From positions 482,500-546,499 of the forward strand of contig JAWKQQ010000005.1 of the NCBI GenBank assembly GCA_041390065.1: a DNA stretch of 64,000 nucleotides, in the 5' to 3' direction. Source of the stretch: Candidatus Krumholzibacteriia bacterium (GTDB lineage Bacteria; Krumholzibacteriota; Krumholzibacteriia; LZORAL124-64-63). Shown here piece by piece: positions 34,057-43,965 of this stretch; within the stretch, counting starts at the first letter, position 1, and each line of letters starts with the position of its first letter. Made by a program: the position numbers and the translations under genes. The notes beneath the pieces were generated by a model. The model did not search any database, was not told the DNA's origin, and saw only the letters and a list, made by a program, of their open reading frames with translations.

Positions 34057-35772
34057 ATGACCCAGCGCCTGGCCCTGCTCGTCCTGCTCGCCCTGCTGCT
34101 CGCCACCGCCGCCACGGCCGACGTCCGCTTCCTGACGGACACCGCCCGCAGCGAGCTCACCGACGGCCGGCGCTCCCTGGACCTGGTCACCTGGGAGCTG
34201 GCCGACGGCCTGCTGGTCCTCGACCGCCGCGGCCCCGGCGCCCGGGCGCTCCCCGGCGAGCCGTTCGCGCCGCGGTTCGACGACGCCGAGTGGTACCTGG
34301 TCGACCACACCCACCCGAGGCACAGCGGCGACACGGCCACTCCCGCCGACTTCGGCCACGTCCACCTGACCACCCCCCGCGCCTGGCTCGTGGAGGTGCC
34401 CCGCGACCGGCTCGACGCCTTCCTCGCGGCCGGGTTCTGCCTGCAGTACCTCGACCTGTCGCCCGTCGCGGCGGTTCCGGCCCCCGCCCGCCGCGCCGCG
34501 CCCGCGCCCACCGTCGTCGACCCCGCCGTGAAGCAGGCCTACGTCGACGGCCTCGACCAGCAGGCCTTCAACCAGCTCATCCGCGAGATCAGCGGCGACA
34601 CCCCCCTGTGGTTCGACGGCGCCGCCCACACCATCCGCACCCGCTACTACAACACGGCGGACAACGCGCTGGCCGCCGACTACATGGCCCAGAAGCTGGT
34701 CGACTACGGCTACACGGTGGCGTTCGACGAGTTCACGGTGAACGGCAACCTCTGCCGCAACGTGGTGGCCACCCGGGTCGGCACCGTCAACCCCGACGAG
34801 ATCGTGGTCGTCGGCGGGCACTACGACAGCACGTCCCAGCAGGCCGGGTCCACCGCGCCCGGGGCCGAGGACAACGGATCGGGCACCAGCCTGGTGATGG
34901 AGATCGCGCGGGCGAGCGCGGGTCGGCAGTTCGAACGCACCGTCAAGTTCGTGCTCTTCGACGCCGAGGAGGTGGGCCTGCGCGGCAGCCAGCACTTCGT
35001 GGCCGAGTCCCTGGCCAGCGGCGACGACATCATCGCCGCCATCACCGCCGACATGGTGGCCTTCTGGGAGGACGACTACGGCGTGCGCATCGAGGGCGAG
35101 ACCGAGTGGGAGTGGCTCATGACCGCCATGGGCCAGAACGTGGACGCCGTCACCGACATCGCCTACCGCAAGGACTACGACAGCTGGGGCAGCGACCACG
35201 TGCCCTTCCAGCAGGCCGGCATCGCCGCCTTCCTGGCCATCGACTGGGACTGGGACCAGTACCCGTACTACCACCGCACCACCGACACGTGGAGCAACAT
35301 CGCCGCCACCGCGCCCCTGGGCCTGCAGATCACCCGGGCCGCCGCCGCCACCCTGGCCGACGTGGCCGGCCTGGTGGCCATGACCACCGATGCGCCGGCT
35401 CCGGCGACCGCCCTGGTGCGCCTCTCCGCCCAGCCCAACCCCTTCAACCCCCTGACCACCCTGGCCTTCAGCCTCGACGTGCCCGCGAGCGGCGAGCTCA
35501 TCATCCACGACCTGAGTGGCCGCAAGCTGGCCACCGTGGCGCGGGGCGATTTCCTCGCCGGCCGTCACACCGTGCGCTGGGACGGCGCTGACCAGAAGGG
35601 GCGCGCGGTGCCGAGCGGCGTCTACATCGCGCGGTTGAGCACCACGGCGGGCGCGGCGAGCCTGACGTTGAACCTCGTGCGCCGGGGCCGGACGGCCTCC
35701 TCGGCCCTGAGCCCATCTGGCTGCCGGCCACCGGCCGACTCCAGCTTGGCCCTGGGCACAGCAGGGCATTAA
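34057..35772 (+). CDS. M28-family peptidase with FlgD/T9SS-like C-terminal domain
   Basis: GGHYDS, APGAEDNGSGTS, LFDAEEVGLRGS, SDHVPF. C-terminal domain PNPFNPLTTLAFSL...SGVYIARL...LNLVR, followed by an atypical 29-aa tail. Confidence 0.85.
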   Translation: MTQRLALLVLLALLLATAATADVRFLTDTARSELTDGRRSLDLVTWELADGLLVLDRRGPGARALPGEPFAPRFDDAEWYLVDHTHPRHSGDTATPADFGHVHLTTPRAWLVEVPRDRLDAFLAAGFCLQYLDLSPVAAVPAPARRAAPAPTVVDPAVKQAYVDGLDQQAFNQLIREISGDTPLWFDGAAHTIRTRYYNTADNALAADYMAQKLVDYGYTVAFDEFTVNGNLCRNVVATRVGTVNPDEIVVVGGHYDSTSQQAGSTAPGAEDNGSGTSLVMEIARASAGRQFERTVKFVLFDAEEVGLRGSQHFVAESLASGDDIIAAITADMVAFWEDDYGVRIEGETEWEWLMTAMGQNVDAVTDIAYRKDYDSWGSDHVPFQQAGIAAFLAIDWDWDQYPYYHRTTDTWSNIAATAPLGLQITRAAAATLADVAGLVAMTTDAPAPATALVRLSAQPNPFNPLTTLAFSLDVPASGELIIHDLSGRKLATVARGDFLAGRHTVRWDGADQKGRAVPSGVYIARLSTTAGAASLTLNLVRRGRTASSALSPSGCRPPADSSLALGTAGH

Positions 35773-35854
35773 CGACGCGACGACTCGTCCGCCCCGGCGC
35801 CGCCGGCGCGCCCTCGCTTCGCCCGCCCTGCCTTGCCCGCCGGAAGGAGCCCCC

Positions 35855-37570
35855 GTGCATCTGTTCGAGACCGTCGTCGGCGCCATCAACGCGATTTCCA
35901 TTCCGGGCTTCGGCATCTCGGGTGACGAGGATCCGGCCGCGGTGATCGCCCTGCCTGGGGCCCGGGACAGAGTCTTCAACGTCGCCTGTGGTTCATCCAG
36001 TTGCGCCGGCCTGCCACGGAGCTGGCGTCACCAGCGGCAAGTACGACGATCCCAACGAACCCGGCGACGCCCCAGACCAGCGCCACCACCGCGCTTGTCG
36101 GCCACCGTTGGTATCGGCAAGATCGCCGGCGTGGCTACCGTGATCCACTGGCGGCCCCGGCGCCGTTCGACGTGGTGACCGCGAGCCTGGGCAGTAGCCG
36201 CTTCGGCGGCCACCGAGGTCACCTCTGCCTGTGCCACCGCGAGGGAGACTGTCATTCGAAGCTGCTGAACGTCGGCGCAGCCCATGGTTGAGATCGACAC
36301 CGGCCCGGCCCTGGCTGGGCGGAGGCCTCTGCTCTTCCGCCGGGCAGGCTCGGCCACGGTCACAGCAACGCGGCGTAGCCATCAGCGGTGCATGACACCG
36401 TGCAGACCACGTTCGGCGTCTCGCCCTGGATCACCGGGCTGGTGACCTCGGCGGTGGTGGCGCTGGTGGTGCTGGCGGCACTGGCGCGATCGCAGGCAGA
36501 CCGGCCACCTGGCGCTGGCCAGCGGCGGGCACTACGCCAAGCCCTCGCACATCATCCCCCACTGGACCTCCGAGGGCCTCTTGCCGGCGTTCGGACTGGA
36601 TCCCCGGCTCGGAGGCCTTCAACCTGACCGCGGGCATCGCCGGCACCGGGAGTGGGGCGATCCTCACCACCATGATGTGGGCGCCGGCGGGGCCTTTCTC
36701 AAACGAGGCGTGGGCCAGGGCTCGGCCCCCATCGCCCACGCGGCGGCCAAGACCGACGAGCCGGTCTCCGAGGGCGTCGTGGCCCTCCTCGAGCCCTTCA
36801 TCGACACCCTGGTGATCTGCACGATGACCGGCCTGGTGATCATCATGACCGGTGTCTGGAACGACGTGCACCCCGACGACCTCGAAGGCCACCGGCGCAA
36901 GCGACAGCAGCTGGGTCACCGCTGACGCCCACCGCCACCATCAGCATGCGCCAATGTCGACGAGTTCGCGATCGCAGGCCGGCCTGCCACTGGCCCTGGC
37001 CCGCGTGCCATGCGTGGCATCAGGCCTGGTCGAGGAGTTCTTCACCGACCCCGAGCAGGGCAGCCGCTTCACCGGCGTCATCCGCCCGGCCGACGGCGTG
37101 GCGATCGCCAGCGACGGCGCGCACCTTCACCACCTTCTACGGCGACGCAGAGAACGGGGCGCCGCTGACCATGAACGGCTTCAGCCGCGGCCTGCCCGGC
37201 AACTGGGGCAAGTACATCGTGGTGATCAGCGTGCTGCTGTTCGCCGTGTCCACGGCGATCAGCTGGAGCTACTACGGCGACCGCTGCGCCAACTACCTGT
37301 GGGGCGCCAGGGCCATCTTCCCTTACAAGGATCGTGTTCGTGATCATGCACTTCGGCGCGGTGGTGTCGCTGAACGTGATCTGGGAGATGGGCGACATCG
37401 CGCTCGGCGTGGTGATCCTGCCCAACCTGATCGCGCTCGTGCTGCTCTCGGGCAAGGTGCGCGAGATGACCGACAGCTACTTCACGCGCAGGCCGTGGAT
37501 CGAGAACGCCGAGGCACCGCAAGCTCAAGCAGCACTGAGCTTAGAAGCCCTGCCCCGACCCCGAGCCTGA
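35855..37570 (+). pseudogene. alanine/glycine:cation symporter (AGCS family), multiply frameshifted
   Basis: AGCS motifs are scattered over all three + frames: ATVGIGKIAGVAT / GGPGAV (about 36090-36150), FGVSPWITGL (36410), FSNEA then [33 protein letters not shown] (frame break at 36711-36712), LLFAVSTAISWSYYGDRCANYLWG (37230), LPNLIALVLLSGKV (37420). Confidence 0.7.
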
Positions 37571-37589
37571 TCCCAACGCGCCTGCGCGG

Positions 37590-39378
37590 CTACTTCACGA
37601 GCATCATGGTCCGGGCGCCTGTGCCGGCGTCGGCCGTGATCACGTAGGAGTAGACGCCTGGAGCTCACGTTGCCGCCGGTCTCGTCGCGGCCATCCCAAC
37701 GCACCGCGTTCCTGCCGGCGGCGCCTGTACCGAGTTCGACCCGGCGCCCGGCCACGTCGTAGATCACGACCTCGTACGCCTGCCGGGGCAGCTCGAAGCT
37801 GATCGAGGACGTGCCGCGCGGCGTTGAACGGGCTGGGCGCGTTGGGCCGCAGGGTAGGCGCCCCGGCGTCAGCCAGGTCGCCGTCCGCCACGCCGGTGAC
37901 CGTGCCGCCGTCGTAGTAGATGTCGTCCAGGGCGAACGTGCACGGCGTCCCGTTCTCCTCCAGGACGACGAACGCGTAGCTGAGCATGCGCAGGTCGATG
38001 GCCGTGCCCCGCAGGTCGGCCATACGGGGATGGAGGCCTGGCCCCACCGCCGTTCCGCACCAGGCCGTAGGTCGTCTGGCGGGCGGGGAACGTGACGTAG
38101 TACTGGTTGGTCCAGGCGTCGATGATTCCGATCTTGACACGCTGGCTGGGATGTTGATCCGAACTTGAGTGCCTGTCGCCAGTCGAACAGGTTCAGCGGC
38201 TGTGTGGCCATGATGCCGGCGCCGAACCAGCCCAGGCCCGCCGTCTGCCAGGCCAGCACGTGGTCGCCCTCGTAGGGTGGGATCGACCCGTCGACGAGGG
38301 TCCCCTCCCACACGTAGATCTCCGAGTGACGCCGGGGACGAGCCCGCCGTCGGTCGGGGTCTCGTCGGTGAAGAGGCCGAAGGTGCCGCTCGCGGGCGCG
38401 GGCGGGCCGAGGTGGACCCCGCCCTGGCCGTTCCACTCGTAGACGCGGATGTAGTCGATGAGCATCTCGGCGGGAAACGGCATCGAGACCGGCAGGCCGC
38501 TGCCCGGGTCGCCGAGGTTGTAGGCGTCGGTGAAGGCGCCGCCGATCGCGAGGTTGGCGATGAGGTAGAACGGCTCGGTGAACTCGGCCGACACCTCGTC
38601 GATGGCGAACGGCTCGACGTAGAGATCGTGCTCGGCGCCGTCGTCGACCACGGTGAAGCGGAGGCTGGAATCGTCCCAGTAGAGGCGGTAGACGAGGAAA
38701 CGGTCGACGAGCTCGTCGGCGTAGTTGTAGTAGGGCCGGCAGTAGACGTCGTCCGGATCCCAGGAGAGGCTGGCCGCGCCCGACGGGTTGCCCGGGGAGA
38801 CCGCGTCGGCGGACCAGAAGATGGCGTTGGCCGTCACCGACTGGTTGACCGCTCAGTTGTCCTGGCCGTTGCCGCCGTTATGCTCGTCGTGCAGGTCGGT
38901 AGGCCTGCTTGCCGCCCATCTCCATCATATCGATCTCGCCGTTGCGCGGCCAGGCGTAGTTGGCGTTGCCCAGCAGCCAGACCGCGGGCCAGCCGCCGAG
39001 GTCCAGGTCGGGCACCTTCACCCGCGCCTCGATCATGCCGTACCTGACGGTGACCTTGGATTTCGAGATCACCTTGCTCGAGGTGCAGCTCAGCGGCCAA
39101 GTTCCCACCTGGTCGACGATGCCCGGGCCGCTCTCGTGACGGGCGGTGATGCGCAGGGCGGTGTTGCCGGGCTCGCCGGGCACGTCGGCGATGCCGACGT
39201 TGTCGGTCGCGTAGTACTCGAGCTCGCCGTTGCCCCAGCCCCAGGAGCCGTTGCCGGTCAGGATGAGCCAGTTGTCGAGATCCTGGAAATCGTCGGCCCA
39301 GATCAGGGCGCCGACCTGGGCGTGGGTCAGGCCGACGCAGAGCGCCAGGCCGGCAAGCGTGAGCGCGATCGTCTTCAT
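37590..39378 (-). pseudogene. GH16 beta-glucanase with extra beta-domain and FlgD-like C-terminal domain, multiply frameshifted
   Basis: ATG 39378 with signal peptide MKTIALTLAGLALCVGLTHA. GH16 motifs NGELEYY, GWPAVWLLG, WPRNGEIDMMEMGG, FYLIANLAIGG, LIDYIRVYE. C-terminal domain SSISFELPRQAYEVVIYDVAGRRV...GVYSYVITA...MMLVK. The pieces lie in all three minus frames, with about 8-9 frame changes. Confidence 0.75.
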
Positions 39379-39477
39379 CGAGGCAACTCCCGGGAGCGAG
39401 GCAAGAGGTGGCACCGGGGAGATTGTACACTTTGTACGGCGTCCGCACAAGGCCGGATGACCCCGGCCCCGCTGCTG

Positions 39478-39540
39478 CAAATCTTTGCGATTAAAGATCA
39501 ATAGAAAAAATAACAAGAAAAAGCTTTGTTCGCTGACCGT
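39478..39540. promoter_or_regulatory. AT-rich divergent promoter region
   Basis: This looks like the lowest-GC stretch of the window (by eye): gcaaATCTTTgcgattAAAGATcaatagaaaaaataacaagaaaaagc. It contains a 6-bp inverted repeat and A-tracts. It lies between the GH16 pseudogene start and the CBM-like gene start. Confidence 0.3.
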
Positions 39541-39640
39541 ACATAGTGTAGTGTGTCGCTGGTCGATCGGTCGCCCCGATCCCGTCGGGCAGATGGTCTG
39601 CCCCGACACGCGATCGGCGCAACGTTCAGGAGGTTCCCTC

Positions 39641-40261
39641 ATGTCCATGCGAAAGCTCTGCGTCGTCGTGCTCGCCGCCCTCGCCCTCACCGCCGGCCTG
39701 GCCCAGGCCGACCCCGTCGACCTCGCGGTCAACGGCGGCTTCGAGACCGGCAACTTCGACGGCTGGCTCCTCTTCCCCTCGGCTCCCGACCAGATCACCA
39801 TCGTCACGCCGGGCGCCTCGGGTGACTACGCCGCGTGCATCGACAACATGACCCCCGCCTCCGGCTCCGTGCTGAAGAACGCCAACGTCGGCATCGGCAC
39901 CGTCGAGGCCGGCCAGGCCGTCACCATCGAGTTCGACGCCCGCGGCGCGTTCGCGATCGGCGGCGTGGCCTTCGCCGAGTTCTTCTCCGAGATCGACGGC
40001 GGCGGCGTGTCCGCCTCCGAGATCCTCGGCGGCGCCCCCCTGGCCGTGAACGCCGATCCGGCCGTGTGGACGCACTTCTCGTTCTCCACGGTGACCGGCC
40101 CGGACGTGTCCGGCGGCGTGACCGTGCAGTTCGGGGCGATCACCGGCGCCGATCCCGGCAGCAGCGCGATGCTGTGCGTCGACAACCTGACCATCGTCGT
40201 GGACTCCGTCGTGCCCGTGGAGACGACCACCTGGAGCGAGCTGAAGAACAGCTTCCGCTAG
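39641..40261 (+). CDS. secreted CBM-like protein with C-terminal WSELKNSFR tag
   Basis: CAGGAGG RBS, signal peptide MSMRKLCVVVLAALALTAGLAQA, NGGFETGNFDGW (CBM4_9-like start). Ends PVETTTWSELKNSFR. Confidence 0.75.
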   Translation: MSMRKLCVVVLAALALTAGLAQADPVDLAVNGGFETGNFDGWLLFPSAPDQITIVTPGASGDYAACIDNMTPASGSVLKNANVGIGTVEAGQAVTIEFDARGAFAIGGVAFAEFFSEIDGGGVSASEILGGAPLAVNADPAVWTHFSFSTVTGPDVSGGVTVQFGAITGADPGSSAMLCVDNLTIVVDSVVPVETTTWSELKNSFR

Positions 40262-40284
40262 GTCCCGCCTCCGGCGATCAGCAC

Positions 40285-40329
40285 CTGCCCGGATCCGGCC
40301 GTGGGACAACCCCGGCCGGGTCCGGGCAG
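40285..40329 (+). terminator. long GC hairpin after the CBM-like gene
   Basis: CTGCCCGGA-t-CCGGCCG-tgggacaaccc-CGGCCGG-g-TCCGGGCAG (9+7 bp stem). No U tract. Confidence 0.45.
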
Positions 40330-40456
40330 CGTCGTACGGGACGGTCGCCGCCGCCCCCGACCACATCCTCAAGCCCGCCGCCGCTCGGCCGATAACCCGA
40401 CCGGAGAGCCAACGCCGGTCCATCCGGCGGCCCGAACCGCGCGCAGGAGGGTGATC

Positions 40457-40861
40457 ATGATCACGGCCGAGTTCAACGAGGTCTACGCCATCGGGATCGA
40501 CATCATCGACCGGCAGCACCGGCGGTTCTTCGAGATCCTGGGGCGCCTGGTGGCCGCCCGGGCCGCGGGCGAGGGCCGGCAGGCGGTCCTCTCGGTCCTC
40601 GATGAGATGGTCGACTACGTCGACGAGCACTTCTCCGCCGAGGAGAGCTACATGCGCGAGTTCGGCTACGCGGAGTTCGCCGCGCACCGCCGGCTGCACG
40701 CGGGCTTCGTCACCGAGGTCATGCACGCCCACCGCGCCTACCGAGACGGCAACGAGCACCTCGACGACGAGCTGCTGGAGTACCTGGGCCACTGGTTCAC
40801 GATGCACATCCGGCGCGAGGACCCGAAGTACGTGGAGCTCTTCCGGGCCAACGGCCTCTAG
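40457..40861 (+). CDS. bacteriohemerythrin
   Basis: IGIDIIDRQHRRFF, YVDEHFSAEE, HRRLH, WFTMHIRREDPKY (the His/Glu/Asp iron ligand pattern). Confidence 0.85.
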   Translation: MITAEFNEVYAIGIDIIDRQHRRFFEILGRLVAARAAGEGRQAVLSVLDEMVDYVDEHFSAEESYMREFGYAEFAAHRRLHAGFVTEVMHAHRAYRDGNEHLDDELLEYLGHWFTMHIRREDPKYVELFRANGL

Positions 40862-40950
40862 GATCGACCGACGTCGAGAGCCGGGCCCTTTCCGGGCGGA
40901 TGCCTTTCGTGGTATCATCAGTCATCGCGAACCCGGACAAGGGAGCCGCC

Positions 40951-42315
40951 ATGACTCGCCCGTCATCGCCTGCCGTCGCCCGGCCCGTCCTCGCCGCGGC
41001 GATCCTCGTTCTGGCCGCCGCCGCCGCGGCTGCCGTCATCTTCCCCTTCGACCCCATCGGCGCCGTCGATCCCCTGGTCAACGGCATCAGTCAGGACTGG
41101 GCCAACAACGACGTCCACCTCTTCGTCACCACCGAGGAGGGCTTCTACGCCTGGGATCAACCGACCCAGACCTGGGACGACCATACCCTGCCAGGCTGGA
41201 TCGGCGTCGCCCGCACCGCGATCGTGCCGGTGGAAGGCCTGCCCCAGCGCCGCGTCCTCGGCGGGGTGAACGCCTTCTTCAAGGGCACGCTCTGGCTGAG
41301 CGACGACGAGGGCGCCACCCAGGACCTCACCCGCGAATCCACCGGCGGCCGCGTCACCGACATCGCGCGGAGCCGGGGCGATCAGGTGTCCCTCATCTAC
41401 GCCTGCACCTGGAGCGACGTGGCCCCGGGCGAGTTGGTGCGCTCGGTGGACGACGGCGCCACGTGGACCGCGATCGGCGGCCATGGCCACACCAACCTCA
41501 CGGGCGTGGAGATCGTGGCCGACCGGGAGCTCTACGTGTCGGGCGACAACTTCGTCACCCGCACCCTCGACGACGGCGCCACCTGGGAGCACCTCCAGGG
41601 AAACCTGCCGGCCGGCCAGGGGCTCGCCTTCGTGCGGGCGCTGGAGCCGGTGACGGCCCTGCCCAAGGCCGGCGGCGACCGGCAGATCCAGGCCGAGGCC
41701 CTCCTCGTGTCCAACGACTCCGGCCTGTACCTGACCCAGGCGGCGGAGATCGACTGGCGGGAGATCCTCCCCGCGTCGTGCCGGGCGGCCGACGAGGCCT
41801 TCCACCAGCTCGACACGTTCGTCCTCTGGACCGAGACCTGGGTCGTGACCTTCGATGGGCGGCTCCTGCTCGCCATCGACCGCGATTGGGATCGGTGGTA
41901 CGACGTGACCGACGAGCTGGGTGGGGCCGTGCCCCTGGATGTCGTGGCGTTCTATGGCGGCGTCTACGTCCTCACCCGCGAGGATGGCGTCTTCTACAGC
42001 CGGGGTCACGACTTCCCCACCGGCGGCCCGCCGCCGCCCTCGCAGCTGGCGCTCCAGGCCGCCCCCAATCCGTTCAACCCGCGCACCACCGTGAGCTTCG
42101 CCTTGCCGCAGGCCGGGACGGTGGAGCTGCTGGCGTTCGACCTGCGCGGGCGCCGCGTGGCCAGGCTCGCCGGCGGCTTCCTCGCCGCGGGCCGGCACCA
42201 GGTGGCCTGGGACGCGAGCGATGACGCGGGACGCGGCCTGCCGTCGGGCGTCTACCTGCTGCGGCTGACGTCGGCGCAGGGGGTGAAGGCGAGCCGCGTG
42301 GCACTCGTCCGCTGA
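40951..42315 (+). CDS. BNR/Asp-box repeat protein with FlgD/T9SS-like C-terminal domain
   Basis: Signal anchor, SVDDGATWTAI and TLDDGATWEHL Asp-boxes. C-terminus PNPFNPRTTVSFALP...SGVYLLRL...RVALVR. Confidence 0.8.
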   Translation: MTRPSSPAVARPVLAAAILVLAAAAAAAVIFPFDPIGAVDPLVNGISQDWANNDVHLFVTTEEGFYAWDQPTQTWDDHTLPGWIGVARTAIVPVEGLPQRRVLGGVNAFFKGTLWLSDDEGATQDLTRESTGGRVTDIARSRGDQVSLIYACTWSDVAPGELVRSVDDGATWTAIGGHGHTNLTGVEIVADRELYVSGDNFVTRTLDDGATWEHLQGNLPAGQGLAFVRALEPVTALPKAGGDRQIQAEALLVSNDSGLYLTQAAEIDWREILPASCRAADEAFHQLDTFVLWTETWVVTFDGRLLLAIDRDWDRWYDVTDELGGAVPLDVVAFYGGVYVLTREDGVFYSRGHDFPTGGPPPPSQLALQAAPNPFNPRTTVSFALPQAGTVELLAFDLRGRRVARLAGGFLAAGRHQVAWDASDDAGRGLPSGVYLLRLTSAQGVKASRVALVR

Positions 42316-42402
42316 GCGGTCCCGATCCCGTGACCCTTCCCGGAGGGGGCGCCATCCGGTCAGCCGTATTCCGGAAGTGCTTATTTCCGAGCGCTATGCT
42401 AG

Positions 42403-42422
42403 TGAACGCGAATTCGCGTTCA
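42403..42422. promoter_or_regulatory. perfect 20-bp palindrome TGAACGCGAATTCGCGTTCA (candidate operator)
   Basis: Exact dyad symmetry, 133 nt upstream of the sulfatase-like gene start, in a lower-GC intergenic region. Confidence 0.4.
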
Positions 42423-42554
42423 TTCATTTTCGCCCACGACTGACACGCCACCGCCAACTCCCTATCGTTCATCCTGCGTGACCGCCTCGGTCCGGTCGGC
42501 CGGGCGCGTCACCCTGCAAGACCACCCCACCAGAGCGAACACCACGGAGCCGCC

Positions 42555-43940
42555 ATGACACGCATCCGGGGACTGCGCCTTGCCGGCGCCTGCCTCGCAC
42601 TCCTGATCCCCTTGAGCATCTTCCCGTCCGGCTGCGGCCGTTCCGACCGCCCGCCGAGCGTCATCCTCGTCGTGATGGACACCCTGCGGGCCGATCACCT
42701 CGGCTGCTACGGTTACGCGCGGCCGACGTCGCCCCGCATCGACGCCTTCGCGGCCGGGGCCACCCTCTATGAACGCGCCTACGCCACGGCGCCCTGGACC
42801 GTACCGTCGCACGGGTCCCTGTTCACCGGCCTGCTGCCCTTCAAGCACGGCGCCCACACCTACAAGGACGGCAACGGGCAGGCGGTCGTTGCCCCGCTGG
42901 ACCGCGACCACGTCACCCTGGCCGAAGTCTTCGCCGGCGCCGGGTACCGGACGGGTGGATTCGTCGGCGGCAACGCCTTCCTGAGCGAGCGCCTGCAGTT
43001 CGACCAGGGCTTCGCCACGTACGTGGTCGTGGACGAGGAGGCCCGGTCCCTCGTGCCGCGGGTCCTGGCGTGGATCGACGCCGCGCCCGCGGACCCGTTC
43101 TTCGTCTTCATCAACGTCATGGACACCCACCGGGTCTACAACACGACGCCCCGCCCGGACCTGCTCGCCGAGCCCGCGGTCCGCGACCAGGGGCAGCTCC
43201 TCGACCGGCTCTACGAGGCGGTCATGCCCGGCGACCAGCCCGTGCCGGCCGCGCTGGCGCAGCAGGTGATCGACCAGTACGACACGGCCGTCGCCAACCT
43301 GGACGAGCAGATCGGCGTCCTGCTGGACGGGCTGCGGGACCGCGGCCTCGACGACCACACCGTCGTCGTGCTCACCGCCGACCACGGCGAGTACTTCGGC
43401 GAGCACCACCTGGTGGAACACTCCAAGGACGTCTACGAGCCCGCCGTCCGGGTGCCGCTGCTGATCGGGACCGGCGGCGCGGCGGGCGGGCGCCGGGTCG
43501 CCGGCTGCCGCTCGCTGGCCGACGTCCCCGCGCTCATCTTCGAGCAGATGCCGGCGGACCTCGCCGCCGACCGGCCGGCGAGCTTCCGCCGCATCCCGGG
43601 CAGCGACCCGATCGTGGTGGAGAACTACTACAGCCGCCGCAAGGACCTCGAGGATCTCCGCTGGGGCCGCCGCTTCGACCGCGTGCGCACGGCCATCTAC
43701 GACTGGCCGTACAAGCTGATCCGTTCGTCGGACGGCGCCCACGAGCTCTACCGGCTCGACGCCGACCCCACCGAATCGACGAACCTGGCCGACGAGGAGC
43801 GCACGCGGGTGACCGAGCTGACCGACCGCCTCAAGCGGATCGTGCGCGGCCGCGGCCGCTACGACAAGGAGCCGCGTCCCGAGCCCCTGACCCGGCGCGA
43901 GCAGCGGCGCCTGCGGTCGCTGGGGTACATCGGCCGGTGA
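42555..43940 (+). CDS. sulfatase-like hydrolase/transferase lipoprotein (alkaline phosphatase superfamily)
   Basis: Lipobox LSIFPSGC, VVMDTLRADH, APWTVPSHGSLFTG, TADHGE. Confidence 0.85.
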   Translation: MTRIRGLRLAGACLALLIPLSIFPSGCGRSDRPPSVILVVMDTLRADHLGCYGYARPTSPRIDAFAAGATLYERAYATAPWTVPSHGSLFTGLLPFKHGAHTYKDGNGQAVVAPLDRDHVTLAEVFAGAGYRTGGFVGGNAFLSERLQFDQGFATYVVVDEEARSLVPRVLAWIDAAPADPFFVFINVMDTHRVYNTTPRPDLLAEPAVRDQGQLLDRLYEAVMPGDQPVPAALAQQVIDQYDTAVANLDEQIGVLLDGLRDRGLDDHTVVVLTADHGEYFGEHHLVEHSKDVYEPAVRVPLLIGTGGAAGGRRVAGCRSLADVPALIFEQMPADLAADRPASFRRIPGSDPIVVENYYSRRKDLEDLRWGRRFDRVRTAIYDWPYKLIRSSDGAHELYRLDADPTESTNLADEERTRVTELTDRLKRIVRGRGRYDKEPRPEPLTRREQRRLRSLGYIGR

Positions 43941-43965
43941 CGGCGCGGGCGTGTGGGGCGGCGGC

